Source: an uncultured Enterobacteriaceae bacterium (GTDB lineage Bacteria > Pseudomonadota > Gammaproteobacteria > Burkholderiales > SG8-39). Taken from it: a stretch of 64,000 nucleotides of DNA. Numbering within the stretch: position 1 is the stretch's first letter; every line of letters starts with the position of its first letter. This document shows, piece by piece, positions 8,290 to 18,782 of the stretch. The position numbers were made by a program, and so were the translations under genes. The notes beneath the pieces were generated by a model, which searched no databases, was not told the DNA's origin, and worked only from the letters and a program-made list of their open reading frames with translations. The stretch lies in assembly GCA_964631735.1 (NCBI GenBank), contig CAZVZV010000042.1, positions 20,321-84,320 of the forward strand. Direction: 5' to 3'.

Positions 8290-10158
8290 ATGCACCTGCT
8301 GTTCGAGGAGGACGGCGAGTTCAAGGTCGGGACGGTGCTTGCACAAGCGCCGGCCTCGTTCCAGGTGGAGGCGCCGCACGGCCGGCGATCGAAGATCAAG
8401 GCGGGCAACGTGCTGTTGAGCTTCGAGCGGCCCGCTGCGGCGCAGCTGCTCGCTGCCGCCCAGGCCTACGCCGCCGGGCTCGACACCGATTTCCTGTGGC
8501 AGTGCTGTCCGGCGGGCGAGTTCGGCTTCCAGGAGCTGGCGCGGGAATATGTCGGCCGCGAGGCGGGACCGGCCGAAGCCGCCGGCGTGCTGCTCAAACT
8601 GCAGTCGGCGCCGATGTACTTCCATCGCCGCGGCCGCGGCCGCTACCAGGCGGCTCCCGCGGAAACGCTCAAGCTTGCGCTCGCTTCCGCCGAGAAGAAG
8701 CAGCGCGTGCTCGCGCAGATCGCCGAGTGGGCCGCGCAGCTCGTGCGCTTCGAGTGTCCACCCGAAATCGAGCGGCTGAAGGACGAGCTGCTGTATGCGC
8801 CTGATCGCAACAAGCCGGAAACCAAAGCCTTCGAGCAGGCCTGCGCGAAGGCGGGGCTGTCGGGCGCGCGCCTCCTCGAGCGTTGCGGCAAGCTCACCGA
8901 CTCCCACGCCTACCACCTTAACCGCTTCCTGTTCGAATTCTTCCCGGGCGGCACTGCCTTCCCGCCGCATGAAGTGGCGTCGCCTCCCGGCGAATTGCCG
9001 CTGGCCGCCGCAGAGGCCTTCAGCCTGGACGACGCCGACACCACCGAGATCGATGACGCGTTTTCTCTGCAGCGCCTGTCCGACGATGAGTGGCGCGTGG
9101 GGATCCATATTGCCGCCCCCGCGCTCGCCTTTGCGCCTGGCTCGGCACTCGACGCCATCGCACGCGAGCGGCTTTCCACCGCCTACATGCCGGGGCAGAA
9201 ATTCACCATGCTGCCCGACGACGCGATCGCCGCCTGCTCGCTCGACGCGGGCACGGAGCGGGCGGTGGTGTCGTTGTATGTGAACGTGTCGGCCGGGGAT
9301 TTCACGCTGCGTGGGCGCCACTCGCGGCTGGAGCGCGTGCGCATCGCGGCCAACCTGCGCCATGGCGAGGTCGAGCCGTTGAACGCGGCCTTCGAGGAAG
9401 GCAGGAACACCGGGCTGCCCCGCGAGGATCAACTGCGCACGCTGTGGCGCCTGGCCGAGGCGCTCGAGGCGCGCCGCGGCAAGCCGAGCGTCAATCAGGC
9501 CGCCGTGGACTATGTTTTCCGCGTGCAGCAGGGCAGGGTGCGCATCGAGCCGCGCCGGCGCGGAGCGCCGCTCGACAAGCTGGTCGCCGAGCTGATGATC
9601 CTCGCCAATACCACCTGGGGCGAACAACTCGCCGAGCGTGACGTCGCAGCGCTGTACCGCGTGCAGTCCGCCGGCAAGGTGAGGATGAGCGTGCACCCGG
9701 AAGCGCACGATGGGCTCGGCGTCGCCTGCTACGCCTGGAGCAGTTCGCCGCTGCGCCGCTACGTCGACCTGGTCAACCAGTGGCAGCTCGCTGCGGCGCT
9801 CGGCGGCCGCAAGCCGCCGTTCACGCGCACCTCCGAGTCCCTGCTCACCGCCTTGCGCGCCTTCGAGGTCACTTACGCGCGCTACGACGAGCACCAGCGC
9901 GCGATGGAGAATTACTGGTGCCTGCGCTGGCTCCTGCAGGAGGGCATCACCGAAGTCGAAGCGGTGGTGCTGCGCGAGAACCTGGTGCGCTTCGAAGGGT
10001 TGCCGCTTGCCGCCCGCGTGCCCTCACTGCCCGCGCTCGACGCGGGTACGCGCGTGCGCCTGGCGGTGGGCGAGGTGGATCTGATCGAGCGCAGCGTGGT
10101 CTGCACCTACCGCGAGACGCTGGCTGCGGCCCCCGCGGCTGCCGACGAGCAGGGGTAA
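8290..10158 (+). CDS. RNB-domain exoribonuclease (RNase II family)
   Basis: 622 aa. DDADTTEIDDAFS (RNB motif I-like), an N-terminal OB-like region, and a C-terminal S1-like region. Confidence 0.85.
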   Translation: MHLLFEEDGEFKVGTVLAQAPASFQVEAPHGRRSKIKAGNVLLSFERPAAAQLLAAAQAYAAGLDTDFLWQCCPAGEFGFQELAREYVGREAGPAEAAGVLLKLQSAPMYFHRRGRGRYQAAPAETLKLALASAEKKQRVLAQIAEWAAQLVRFECPPEIERLKDELLYAPDRNKPETKAFEQACAKAGLSGARLLERCGKLTDSHAYHLNRFLFEFFPGGTAFPPHEVASPPGELPLAAAEAFSLDDADTTEIDDAFSLQRLSDDEWRVGIHIAAPALAFAPGSALDAIARERLSTAYMPGQKFTMLPDDAIAACSLDAGTERAVVSLYVNVSAGDFTLRGRHSRLERVRIAANLRHGEVEPLNAAFEEGRNTGLPREDQLRTLWRLAEALEARRGKPSVNQAAVDYVFRVQQGRVRIEPRRRGAPLDKLVAELMILANTTWGEQLAERDVAALYRVQSAGKVRMSVHPEAHDGLGVACYAWSSSPLRRYVDLVNQWQLAAALGGRKPPFTRTSESLLTALRAFEVTYARYDEHQRAMENYWCLRWLLQEGITEVEAVVLRENLVRFEGLPLAARVPSLPALDAGTRVRLAVGEVDLIERSVVCTYRETLAAAPAAADEQG

Positions 10159-10173
10159 CGCCAAAGTCCTAGA

Positions 10174-11115
10174 ATGACGGCGATTTATCGCCTCGAGGTG
10201 CCATTGCAGGGAGCGCTTGCGACACGCATGCCGGGCGCGGCGGAATTCTGGGCCGGGCTCGACCGCCGGACCCGCGTGCTCTACACGTCGGTGGCGGCAT
10301 CGCTCCTGTTGCACGCCATCGTGCTGTCGGTGCACTTCAGGTTTCCCAGCGAGCTGCGCTGGGCGAGCGCCAACCAGCCGCTCGACGTGATCCTGGTCAA
10401 CGCCAAGTCGCGCCAGCGGCCCGGCAAGACCGACGCGCTGGCGCAAAACCATCTCGAGGGCGGCGGCGAGACCGAGCAGAACCGGCGCGCGCGCTCGCCG
10501 CTGCCGGTCATCGACCCGCGCGACCCGGGACGCGACCTGGCGCAGTCGCAGCGCCGCGTGCAGGAACTCGAGGCGCAGCAGCGCAAGCTCCTCGTGCAGT
10601 CGCGCCGCTCGCCAGCCAGCGCGGCGGCGCAGGCCGAGCACCGCGCGCCTGCCGAGGAACCGACGCCACAGGCTGCCGGCCGAGACCTCGCCGACCTTTC
10701 GCTCGCGGCGATGCGCCTGCAGGCCGAGATCGACCGGAATCTCGATGCCTACCAGAAGCGCCCGCGCAAGAAGTTCATCGGCGCCAGCGCCACCGAGTAC
10801 CGCTTCGCACAGTACGAGGAGGACTGGCGCCAGAAGGTGGAACGCGTGGGCACGGTGAACTACCCCGCGGCGGCGCGCGGCAAGTTCTACGGCAACCTGC
10901 GCATGACCGTGACCCTGCGCCCCGACGGCAACGTCGAGTCGATCGAGCTGGACCGCTCCTCCGGCCTCAAGCTGCTCGACGAGGCCGCGTTCAGGATCGT
11001 GCGCATGGCGTCGCCCTATGCGGTGTTTCCGTCGGACATCCGCCGCGACACTGACCTGCTGGTGATCACGCGCACCTGGTTCTTCGACCGCGGCGACGAG
11101 TTCCGGATCAAGTGA
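10174..11115 (+). CDS. TonB C-terminal domain protein
   Basis: 313 aa. One N-terminal TM helix, a charged linker, and a C-terminal YPAAARGKFYGNLRMTVTLRPDGNVESIELDRSSG...LDEAAFRIV TonB_C-like fold. Start uncertain (10174 or 10228). Confidence 0.7.
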   Translation: MTAIYRLEVPLQGALATRMPGAAEFWAGLDRRTRVLYTSVAASLLLHAIVLSVHFRFPSELRWASANQPLDVILVNAKSRQRPGKTDALAQNHLEGGGETEQNRRARSPLPVIDPRDPGRDLAQSQRRVQELEAQQRKLLVQSRRSPASAAAQAEHRAPAEEPTPQAAGRDLADLSLAAMRLQAEIDRNLDAYQKRPRKKFIGASATEYRFAQYEEDWRQKVERVGTVNYPAAARGKFYGNLRMTVTLRPDGNVESIELDRSSGLKLLDEAAFRIVRMASPYAVFPSDIRRDTDLLVITRTWFFDRGDEFRIK

Positions 11116-11116
11116 A

Positions 11117-11917
11117 GTGCCGGACCGTTACGCGGTAATCGGCAATCCGGTTTCCCACTCCAAGTCCCCCTGGATCCACGCGCAGTTTGCGCGCGCCACC
11201 GGCGAGGACATCGAGTATTCGCGCCTCGAGGCGCCAGTCGAGGGCTTTGTGCGCGCAGTGGAAGCTTTCCGCGCGCAGGGAGGCAAGGGCCTCAACGTCA
11301 CGCTGCCGTTCAAGCAGCAGGCCTTTCGCTTCTGCGCCGGCACGAGCGAACGCGCCGCCGCCGCGCAGTCGGTGAACACGCTGCTCCTGGACCGCGGCAA
11401 GCCCTGGGGCGACAACACCGATGGCGTCGGCCTGATGCGCGACCTCGGCGCCAACCTCGGCCGCAGTCTTGCCGGCGCGCGCATCCTGCTGATGGGGGCG
11501 GGCGGGGCGGCGCAGGGGGTACTCGCGCCACTCGCGCAATCGGGCGCGGCAGCAGTGGTGGTCGCCAACCGCACGCTGCTGCGCGCGCAGTCGCTCGCTA
11601 CGCGCGTGCCCGGCGCGAGTGCCTGTGGCTACGAGGCGCTCGCCGGTGAATCCTTCGACCTGGTCGTCAACGCGACTTCCGCCGGACTGAGCGGCGACCT
11701 GCCGCCACTGCCGCACGGGCTGTTCCGGCCTGGCGGCCTCGCCTACGAAATGGTCTACGGGCGTGACACGCCTTTCCTCGCCATGGCGCGCGCCGCAGGC
11801 GTGGCTACGAGCGACGGCCTGGGCATGCTGGTCGAACAAGCCGCGGAGTCGTTTCTCCTCTGGCGTGGCATCCGGCCGGAAACGGGAGCGGTGCTGGCCG
11901 CGCTGCGCGCGCAGTGA
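11117..11917 (+). CDS. aroE: Shikimate dehydrogenase
   Basis: 266 aa. YAVIGNPVSHSKSPWIH and LMGAGGAAQG motifs. Confidence 0.93.
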   Translation: MPDRYAVIGNPVSHSKSPWIHAQFARATGEDIEYSRLEAPVEGFVRAVEAFRAQGGKGLNVTLPFKQQAFRFCAGTSERAAAAQSVNTLLLDRGKPWGDNTDGVGLMRDLGANLGRSLAGARILLMGAGGAAQGVLAPLAQSGAAAVVVANRTLLRAQSLATRVPGASACGYEALAGESFDLVVNATSAGLSGDLPPLPHGLFRPGGLAYEMVYGRDTPFLAMARAAGVATSDGLGMLVEQAAESFLLWRGIRPETGAVLAALRAQ

Positions 11918-12606
11918 AGGCGGCAAGGATGGTCGGCTGGGCGCTGGCGGCAGTCATTGCTTGCGTGCTCCTGGTGCAAGCGTGGTTCTACTCCCACATC
12001 CTGTGGTGGGCGCGCGAGGCGCCGGCTGCTACCGCCTTCATGGAGCGGCGGCTGGAGCAGATGCGCGCAAAAAACCCGAAGGCGGCACTGCGCCAGCAGT
12101 GGGTGCCCTATGCGCGCATCTCGGCGGAGCTCAAACGTGCAGTGATCGCCGCCGAGGACGCGAAGTTCGTCGACCACGACGGCTTCGACTGGGAAGCGAT
12201 CCAGAAAGCGATGGAGAAGAACGAACAGAAGGGCAAGGTGGTCGCCGGCGCTTCGACCATCAGCCAGCAGCTGGCCAAAAACCTGTTCCTGTCGAGTGAG
12301 CGCAGCTGGCTGCGCAAGGGGGAGGAAGCGCTGATCACTGCGATGCTCGAACATGCCATGGACAAGCGGCGCATCTTGGAGCTGTACCTGAACTTCGCGG
12401 AATGGGGCGAGGGGGTGTTCGGCGCGGAAGCCGCCGCACGCCACCATTTCGGCATCCCGGCGCAGGCGCTCGACGCCGACCAGGCAGCCTGGCTTGCGGC
12501 AATCCTGCCAAGTCCGCGGCGCTATGAGCGGGGGCGCCGCACCCCGTATGTGGAGGCCCGCATGGCCACGATCCGCACCCGCATGGGATCGGCGCAGATC
12601 CCCTGA
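11914..12606 (+). CDS. mtgA: Monofunctional biosynthetic peptidoglycan transglycosylase
   Basis: 230 aa. AAEDAKFVDHDGFDW and GASTISQQLAKNLFL glycosyltransferase-51 motifs. Confidence 0.93.
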   Translation: MKAARMVGWALAAVIACVLLVQAWFYSHILWWAREAPAATAFMERRLEQMRAKNPKAALRQQWVPYARISAELKRAVIAAEDAKFVDHDGFDWEAIQKAMEKNEQKGKVVAGASTISQQLAKNLFLSSERSWLRKGEEALITAMLEHAMDKRRILELYLNFAEWGEGVFGAEAAARHHFGIPAQALDADQAAWLAAILPSPRRYERGRRTPYVEARMATIRTRMGSAQIP

Positions 12607-12626
12607 TCGGCTGAGGCGGACCGCCG

Positions 12627-13913
12627 TCAGGCTTGGCGGAAGGCCTCCCGCGCCGCGGCGAGCGTTTCCTCGATCTCTCTCGCGCCGTGCGCCGCGGAGA
12701 CGAATCCCGTTTCGTACGCCGAGGGCGCGAGGTACACGCCGCGCTCGAGCATCGCGTGGAAGAAACGGTTGAAGCGTTCCCGGTCGCACTGCATCACTTC
12801 AGCGAATGAGCGCGGCGGCGCGGCGCGGAAGTACAAACCGAACATGCTGCCGATGGATTGCGACGAGAACGTGACGCCGGCGCGTTTTCCTTCTGCGGCG
12901 AGGCCCTCGACGAGTTCGCGCGTGCTCGCCTCGATGCGCTGGTGGAATCCCGGCGTGTCCACCAGCTTGAGCGTCGCCAGGCCGGCGGCCACCGCCACGG
13001 GATTGCCGGACAGCGTGCCTGCCTGGTAAACCGGACCGAGCGGCGCGATCTTCTGCATGATCTCGCGTCTGCCGCCGACCGCCGCCAGTGGCATTCCTCC
13101 GCCAATCACCTTGCCAAGCGTGGTCAGGTCCGGCTCAATGCCATAACGCGCCTGAGCACCGCCCAGGGCGACGCGAAAGCCGGTCATCACTTCGTCGACG
13201 ATCAACACTGCGCCGTGCCGCGTGCATTGTGCGCGCAGCGTTTCAAGAAATCCGGGCACCGGCAACACCAGATTCATGTTGCCAGCCACCGGCTCGACGA
13301 TCACGCCGGCGATCTGCGGGCCTTGCCTATCGAAGAGCGCCGATACCTGCGCCGAGTCGTTGTAGTCGAGCACCAGCGTGTCCGCCGCGGTCTGCGCGGG
13401 CACGCCCGCCGAGCTCGGGTTGCCGAAGGTGAGCGCGCCCGAGCCGGCCTTCACCAGCAGCGCATCGGCGTGGCCGTGGTAGCAGCCCTCGAACTTCACG
13501 ATCAGGTTCCTGCCGGTGTAACCGCGCGCCAGGCGTAGAGCGGTCATCGTCGCCTCGGTGCCGGAGGACACGAGGCGTAGCATCTCGAGCGAGGGCACGA
13601 GACGGCCCAGCAGCTCCGCCATCTCCACTTCCGCTTCGGTCGGCGCGCCGAACGAAAGCGCGCGCGAGGCGGCTGACTGCACCGCTTCGACCACCGCGGG
13701 ATGCGTATGTCCGACGACCATCGGTCCCCAGGAGCCGAGGTAGTCGATGTAGCGCTTGCCGTCGGCGTCCCACAGGTGCGCGCCGGAGGCGCGCTCGAAG
13801 AAGGGCGGCGTGCCGCCGACGGCGCGGAAGGCGCGCACCGGCGAGTTCACGCCCGCGGGAATGCGCCGCTGCGCGCGCGCGAACAGTTCGTCGTTACGCG
13901 ATGTCACGGTCAA
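12627..13913 (-). CDS. hemL: Glutamate-1-semialdehyde 2,1-aminomutase
   Basis: 428 aa. GVNSPVRAF and DEVMTGFR motifs. Start is TTG 13913 or GTG 13907. Confidence 0.96.
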   Translation of the reverse strand: MTVTSRNDELFARAQRRIPAGVNSPVRAFRAVGGTPPFFERASGAHLWDADGKRYIDYLGSWGPMVVGHTHPAVVEAVQSAASRALSFGAPTEAEVEMAELLGRLVPSLEMLRLVSSGTEATMTALRLARGYTGRNLIVKFEGCYHGHADALLVKAGSGALTFGNPSSAGVPAQTAADTLVLDYNDSAQVSALFDRQGPQIAGVIVEPVAGNMNLVLPVPGFLETLRAQCTRHGAVLIVDEVMTGFRVALGGAQARYGIEPDLTTLGKVIGGGMPLAAVGGRREIMQKIAPLGPVYQAGTLSGNPVAVAAGLATLKLVDTPGFHQRIEASTRELVEGLAAEGKRAGVTFSSQSIGSMFGLYFRAAPPRSFAEVMQCDRERFNRFFHAMLERGVYLAPSAYETGFVSAAHGAREIEETLAAAREAFRQA

Positions 13914-14493
13914 ATACCTTAGCGTATTGCCGAGCGCGTGCGGCGACGTCGGGGGCTTCGAACAGGTCCGAGATCACTGCCACCGCGTCGGCACCGGCGG
14001 CCGCGAGCTGCGCGGCATTCTCCACGGTGATGCCGCCAATGGCGATTTTCGGCACGCCGAGGCGGTGGCCGAACAGGGCCAGCGGCGCGCGCACCGCGCC
14101 GGGTTTGGTCGGGGAGGCGAACACAGAGCCGAAGGCAACGTAGTCGGCGCCCGCGGCGACGGCGCTGCGTGCGAGGTCAAGCTGGTCATAGCAAGAGACG
14201 CCGAGGATGCGCCCCGGGAGCCGTGCGCGCGCCGCGGCGAGATCGCCGTCCCTGCGCCCGAGGTGCACGCCTGCGGCGCCAATTTCGAGCGCCAACTCGA
14301 GATCGTCGTTGATGATGAGCGGCACGCCGTGCCGGCGGCACAGCTGCGCCAGCGTGCGCGCCTCATCGCGGCGCCGCGCCCGATCTGCGGACTTGCTGCG
14401 GTACTGCAGCGCACACAGCGCGCCCGAGGCCACGGCGTCGGCGACGCAACCGATGTGTTCCGGCGTGATGGCATAAAGCCCGCGCAGTTTCAT
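13894..14493 (-). CDS. thiE: Thiamine-phosphate synthase
   Basis: 199 aa. [16 protein letters not shown] and GGIT motifs. Overlaps thiD and hemL. Confidence 0.9.
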   Translation of the reverse strand: MKLRGLYAITPEHIGCVADAVASGALCALQYRSKSADRARRRDEARTLAQLCRRHGVPLIINDDLELALEIGAAGVHLGRRDGDLAAARARLPGRILGVSCYDQLDLARSAVAAGADYVAFGSVFASPTKPGAVRAPLALFGHRLGVPKIAIGGITVENAAQLAAAGADAVAVISDLFEAPDVAARARQYAKVFDRDIA

Positions 14494-15236
14494 CGCCAGG
14501 GCAGGGTCTGCCCGCTAGCCGGTCTGAAGCCGCGCTCGAGCGCGCGCCAGGTGAAATCCTGCGCTGCGCGCACCGCTTCGGGCACTGCATCGCCGTGTGC
14601 GAGCCGCGCGGCGATCGCCGAGGCAAGGGTGCAGCCCGAGCCGTGGTAGCTGCCCGGCAGCCGCGGCCAGCGGTCCTCGCGCACGATTCCACTCGCGTCG
14701 TGGAGCGTGTTCACCACCTCGGGCGTGTCGGCATGTGTGCCGGTGAGGAGCACGTACTTGCAGCCCTGCGCGATGCATGCGACGACACCGCCGAGTGCAT
14801 GGGCTTCCAGCGTATTCGGCGTCAGCACTGTGGTGCGAGGCAGCAGGTGCCAGCGCAGGGCAGCGAGAACCGCCGCATCGGCGAGCGGATCGCCGCGCCC
14901 GGAGGCGAGCACCGGGTCGAGCACCACGGGCACGCGCGGGTATGCGGCGAGGATCGCAGCGATCGCCGCCGCACTTGCTGCGCTGCCGAGGACGCCGATC
15001 TTGAATGCCGCGACCGGCAGCTCGTCGAGCAGGCGCTGCGCCTGCTCGGCGACCAGTTGCGCGTCGAGCAGGTGCATGCGGTGCACCCCATGCGTATCCT
15101 GCACGGTCACCGCGGTGAGCACCGACAGCGGATGGCAACCGAGCGCCGCGAGCGTGAGTACGTCGGCTTGCAAGCCCGCGCCCCCGGTCGGATCGGCGGC
15201 GGCGAAGCTGAGCACCAGCGGAGGGGCGCAAGGCAT
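14490..15236 (-). CDS. thiD: Hydroxymethylpyrimidine/phosphomethylpyrimidine kinase
   Basis: 248 aa. DPTGGAGLQADV and GSGCTLASAIAA motifs. Confidence 0.9.
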   Translation of the reverse strand: MPCAPPLVLSFAAADPTGGAGLQADVLTLAALGCHPLSVLTAVTVQDTHGVHRMHLLDAQLVAEQAQRLLDELPVAAFKIGVLGSAASAAAIAAILAAYPRVPVVLDPVLASGRGDPLADAAVLAALRWHLLPRTTVLTPNTLEAHALGGVVACIAQGCKYVLLTGTHADTPEVVNTLHDASGIVREDRWPRLPGSYHGSGCTLASAIAARLAHGDAVPEAVRAAQDFTWRALERGFRPASGQTLPWR

Positions 15237-15312
15237 GGGTGGCGCGGCGCGGCCACGCCGCGGAATGAGCTAAGATGCCGCACGATTTTAACTCAGCCCT
15301 CGCTGCCGACGG

Positions 15313-15489
15313 ATGACCGGGACCCACAAGACCTGGATGTGCTTGATCTGCGGCTTCGTGTACGACGAAGCCGCAGGAGTGCCGGACGAGGGAATTTCGC
15401 CGGGCACGCGCTGGGACGACATACCCATCAATTGGACCTGCCCGGAATGCGGCGCGCGCAAGGAAGATTTCGAGATGGTCGAGATCTGA
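15313..15489 (+). CDS. Rubredoxin
   Basis: 58 aa, so below the ORF-track cutoff. Hand translation: [58 protein letters not shown]. Has the CxxCG and CPxCG pairs. Confidence 0.9.
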   Translation: MTGTHKTWMCLICGFVYDEAAGVPDEGISPGTRWDDIPINWTCPECGARKEDFEMVEI

Positions 15490-15505
15490 GCGCGCGCCGG
15501 CGCGC

Positions 15506-17299
15506 TTGGACCTGAAGGCGCTCGGCGCGGCATGGCGCGGCGTGGCGCTGATACCGCTGCGCCGGCAATTGGCGCTGCTCGCCGCCGCAGTTGCCGCGCT
15601 GCTCGCCGTGGCGCTTTGGCTGGCCTGGTCGGAATATCGAGAAGCGCATTTCGGCGAAGGCCATCTCGCTGCGGCGGGCGAGATGCGCACGCTGTCGCAG
15701 CGCCTGGCGAAGAGCGCGCTGCGCAGCCTGCGCGGCGATCCAGAGGCTTTTCCCCAGGTGCAGGCAAGCCGCGATGGCTTTGCCTCGGCGCTCGCCCGCC
15801 TGTCGAAGGACGGGCGCTCGCCGGCCGCCGTGCGTTTGCTTGCCGCCGAGTGGCAGCGAACGGAAAACAACGCCACCACGCTGCTGCGCGACCAGAAGAT
15901 GCTCACCGCGCTTGCCGCTGCGGCCAACGGCATGGAGCGTGCCAATCCGCTGCTGCTCGAACGCGCCGAGCGCGTACAAAACCTCACGCTGCAGCGCGGC
16001 GGGAGCGCCGGGGAGGCCGCCGCCGCGAGCCGGCTGGCGATGCTCACGCAGCGCATGGCACGCAGTGCGCAACAGCTGCTTGCCGCCGACGCGGTGGATC
16101 CGGAAGTGGAGTTTCTGCTCGGCAAGGATGTGAACGAATTCCGCCGCACGCTGGCGCGGCTGCGCGGGGGCGCGAAGGACGGCGACGCCACGACGGCGCT
16201 CGGCGCGCTGGCGGAGAGCTTTGCCCTGTACGAGGACGCGGTGGTGGCGGTGCTCGGCACGCGCGCGCGACTCGCCGGCGCGAAGGACGCGGCCTTTGCC
16301 ATCCACGCGGATTCGGAGCGGCTGCTGGCGGCGGTGGATCGCGTGGTTGCGGCTTACCGCGCCGCGCCCACGCCGCGCGCCTACGAGTTCGGACTGGCGG
16401 CGATCGCACTGGCGCTGCTCGGAGCGCTGTTGCTGCTGGTTCTGTTCTACGTGCACGACGAGCGCCGCCAGCGTGAGGGCATCGTTCGCCGCCAGGCGGT
16501 GATGCGTCGCACCTACGAGCGCGATCTGGCGGCGGTGGAGCAGTTGCGCCACGAACTGGAAGGGCTCGCCGGGGGCGACCTCACCGCGCGGGTGACGGTG
16601 AACAGCGAGATCACCGCATCGGTGGCGGCGACGCTCAACGATGCGCTGGAGGCTCTGCGACAACTGGTGGCGCGCGTGGCCACCGCCGCGGGGCGCGTCG
16701 GCGGGGCCGCCGGCGGCGCGCAATCGGCGGCCGACGTGCTGTTCCAGTCCGCCCAGCGCCAGTCCGGGCGCATCAAGGGCGCCAGCGCGACGGCGCTCGG
16801 CATGGCGCGCATGGTGAACGAACTCTCCGCCCGCGCCAACCAGTCCGCCGAGCTGTCGCGCGCGGCGCGCGCCGCGGCGTTGCGCGGGCACCAGGCGGTG
16901 CAGGCGGCGCTCTCGGTGATGCGCGACCTGGGCGCGCGCATCCACGTGAGTGCGGCCCAGATCGACCGCCTGCGCGGCGCTTCGCCCGAGATGGGCAGGA
17001 CCGCAAGCGTGTTGAACCAGGTCGCCGCGCAGGCCGAGGCCTTGAGCGGCAGCGCCTCCGGCCAGACGCTGACCGAACTGGGCGAGCTGCTGCGTCAGCT
17101 GGCCGAGAAGATCGAGGAAGTTTGCAAGGCCTCGCAATCGCAGGCCGGCGTCGCCAGCAGCGTTGCCGGGGGCGTGCGTGAGGTGCTCTCCGGCGCGCAA
17201 CAGGCCGCGGCGGCGGCGACACGCGCCGCCGGGTCGGTGGAGGAGGTGGCGCAGCTGCTGCGCGAGTTGCAGGAAGCGCTGGCGAAGCTGCGCTACTGA
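15506..17299 (+). CDS. PilJ-like chemoreceptor homologue with two PilJ/NarX-type periplasmic motifs, HAMP, and a shortened/degenerate MCP signalling domain
   Basis: 597 aa. Two TM helices flank the motifs GEMRTLSQRLAKS and SRLAMLTQRMARS. A HAMP-like segment follows TM2. The C-terminal coiled coil lacks the canonical hairpin-tip motif. TTG start is uncertain. Confidence 0.7.
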   Translation: MDLKALGAAWRGVALIPLRRQLALLAAAVAALLAVALWLAWSEYREAHFGEGHLAAAGEMRTLSQRLAKSALRSLRGDPEAFPQVQASRDGFASALARLSKDGRSPAAVRLLAAEWQRTENNATTLLRDQKMLTALAAAANGMERANPLLLERAERVQNLTLQRGGSAGEAAAASRLAMLTQRMARSAQQLLAADAVDPEVEFLLGKDVNEFRRTLARLRGGAKDGDATTALGALAESFALYEDAVVAVLGTRARLAGAKDAAFAIHADSERLLAAVDRVVAAYRAAPTPRAYEFGLAAIALALLGALLLLVLFYVHDERRQREGIVRRQAVMRRTYERDLAAVEQLRHELEGLAGGDLTARVTVNSEITASVAATLNDALEALRQLVARVATAAGRVGGAAGGAQSAADVLFQSAQRQSGRIKGASATALGMARMVNELSARANQSAELSRAARAAALRGHQAVQAALSVMRDLGARIHVSAAQIDRLRGASPEMGRTASVLNQVAAQAEALSGSASGQTLTELGELLRQLAEKIEEVCKASQSQAGVASSVAGGVREVLSGAQQAAAAATRAAGSVEEVAQLLRELQEALAKLRY

Positions 17300-17349
17300 C
17301 GCTTTGCGGCGGCGCAGTCCGGGGTCATGGGCTAAAATAGCCCCTGCGC

Positions 17350-17910
17350 GTGTCCTCGATCAACCTGACGCACCACTTCCTGATCGCCATGCCAAACATG
17401 GCCGATCCGTACTTTTCCAAGTCCCTCACCTACGTCTGCGAGCACAACGACCGGGGCGCGCTGGGCGTGGTGGTCAACCGCCCGATCGACATGACTCTGC
17501 AGGCGCTGTTCGAGCGCCTGTCGCTCACGCTGAAACAGCAGGACCTGTCCGATGCGCCGATCTACTTCGGCGGCCCGGTGCAGACCGATCGCGGTTTCGT
17601 GCTGCACGAGCCGGCGGGCAACTGGCAGTCTACGCTGCGCGTGAGCGACGCCGTCGGCCTCACTACGTCGAAAGACATCCTGGAAGCGGTGGGCCGCGGC
17701 GAGGGGCCGCAGAAGCTGCTGGTCACCCTGGGTTACGCCGGCTGGTCTGCGGGGCAGCTCGAGCACGAGCTCGGGCAAAACGCCTGGCTCACGGTCGAGG
17801 CGAAGGACGCCATTGTTTTCGACCTGCCCTCGGAAGAGCGCTTGCCGGCGGCGATGGGGCTGCTCGGGGTGGACTACGCGCGCCTGGCGGATTCGGCGGG
17901 ACATGCCTGA
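17350..17910 (+). CDS. YqgE/AlgH family protein (UPF0301)
   Basis: 186 aa. [26 protein letters not shown] signature. GTG start. Confidence 0.9.
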   Translation: MSSINLTHHFLIAMPNMADPYFSKSLTYVCEHNDRGALGVVVNRPIDMTLQALFERLSLTLKQQDLSDAPIYFGGPVQTDRGFVLHEPAGNWQSTLRVSDAVGLTTSKDILEAVGRGEGPQKLLVTLGYAGWSAGQLEHELGQNAWLTVEAKDAIVFDLPSEERLPAAMGLLGVDYARLADSAGHA

Positions 17911-18298
17911 GGCCAGCCGCACCGTCCTCGCCTTCGATTTCGGTTTAAAGCGCATTGGCGTTGCGGTCGGCGAAACGGAGCTGCGCAGCGCGCACCCGCT
18001 GCCCGGCATCGCCGCCCCGGGCTTCGCCGCCATCGAGAAGTTGGTGAAGGAATGGCGCCCCGGCATGCTGGTGGTCGGCCTGCCGGTGGCCGAGCGCCGC
18101 GAGCACCCGATGGCCAAGCGCGTGCAGCGATTTGCCCGTCAGCTGGAGGGGCGTTTCCACCTGCCGGTGGCACGCGTGGACGAGCGCTATACCTCGGTCG
18201 AAGCCGAGAGCCTGCTGCGAGGCGTGAAGCACAAGGCAGTGGATTCGGTTGCGGCGCAATTGATCCTCGAACAGTTTTTCCATGAAAAAGCTGCCTGA
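17903..18298 (+). CDS. ruvX: Holliday junction resolvase-like protein RuvX/YqgF
   Basis: 131 aa. [16 protein letters not shown] and [10 protein letters not shown] motifs. The ATG at 17903 overlaps the algH stop. Confidence 0.9.
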   Translation: MPEASRTVLAFDFGLKRIGVAVGETELRSAHPLPGIAAPGFAAIEKLVKEWRPGMLVVGLPVAERREHPMAKRVQRFARQLEGRFHLPVARVDERYTSVEAESLLRGVKHKAVDSVAAQLILEQFFHEKAA

Positions 18299-18782
18299 CG
18301 CGGAACTGCTGTGCCAGCAGCTCGCGCGCGAGCTCAAGCCGCAGGTGAAGCCGTCCACCGCGATGATCGGCATCCATACCGGCGGCGCTTGGCTGGCCGA
18401 GCGGCTGCACGCCGCGCTCGGCATGCAGGCGCCGCTCGGCCTGCTCGACATCGCGTTCTACCGCGACGACTACGCCAAGCAGGGTCTGGCCAAGGATCCC
18501 AAGCGCTCGAAGATTCCGTTCGACGTGGAAGGGCGGGACCTGCTGCTGGTGGACGACGTGCTCCACACCGGGCGCACGGTACGCGCGGCGATCAACGAGT
18601 TGTTCGACTACGGCCGCCCGGCCTCGATCGCGCTGGTGGTGCTGGCCGAGCGCGACGGCCGCCAGCTGCCCGTGTGCGCGCAGTTCGCGGGCGCCAGGCT
18701 GGAGGTGCCCGCGGGCATGCGCCTGCGCCTGAAGCGCGACGAGCAGGGCAAATTCTCGCTGGAGCTCGAGCGTGGCGCGTAA
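18282..18782 (+). CDS. pyrR: PyrR bifunctional regulator / uracil phosphoribosyltransferase
   Basis: 166 aa. [21 protein letters not shown]-binding motif. Located directly upstream of pyrB. Confidence 0.9.
   Translation: MKKLPDAELLCQQLARELKPQVKPSTAMIGIHTGGAWLAERLHAALGMQAPLGLLDIAFYRDDYAKQGLAKDPKRSKIPFDVEGRDLLLVDDVLHTGRTVRAAINELFDYGRPASIALVVLAERDGRQLPVCAQFAGARLEVPAGMRLRLKRDEQGKFSLELERGA

Noticed and set aside
8116-9894. 592-aa minus-strand ORF
   Set aside because: Antisense shadow of the RNase II-family gene. No recognisable domains.
15237-15312. Possible TPP riboswitch upstream of thiD-thiE
   Set aside because: The leader is only about 75 nt and I cannot find the conserved CUGAGA / ACCUGAUCUGGAUAAUGCCAGCG-type elements on the minus strand. 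A covariance-model scan (Rfam RF00059) would be decisive.
14515-17200. Two ~590-aa minus-strand ORFs (14515-16302 and 15428-17200)
   Set aside because: They overlap thiD out of frame and lie antisense to rubredoxin and the PilJ-like gene. The composition is Ala/Arg/Ser-rich and shadow-like.
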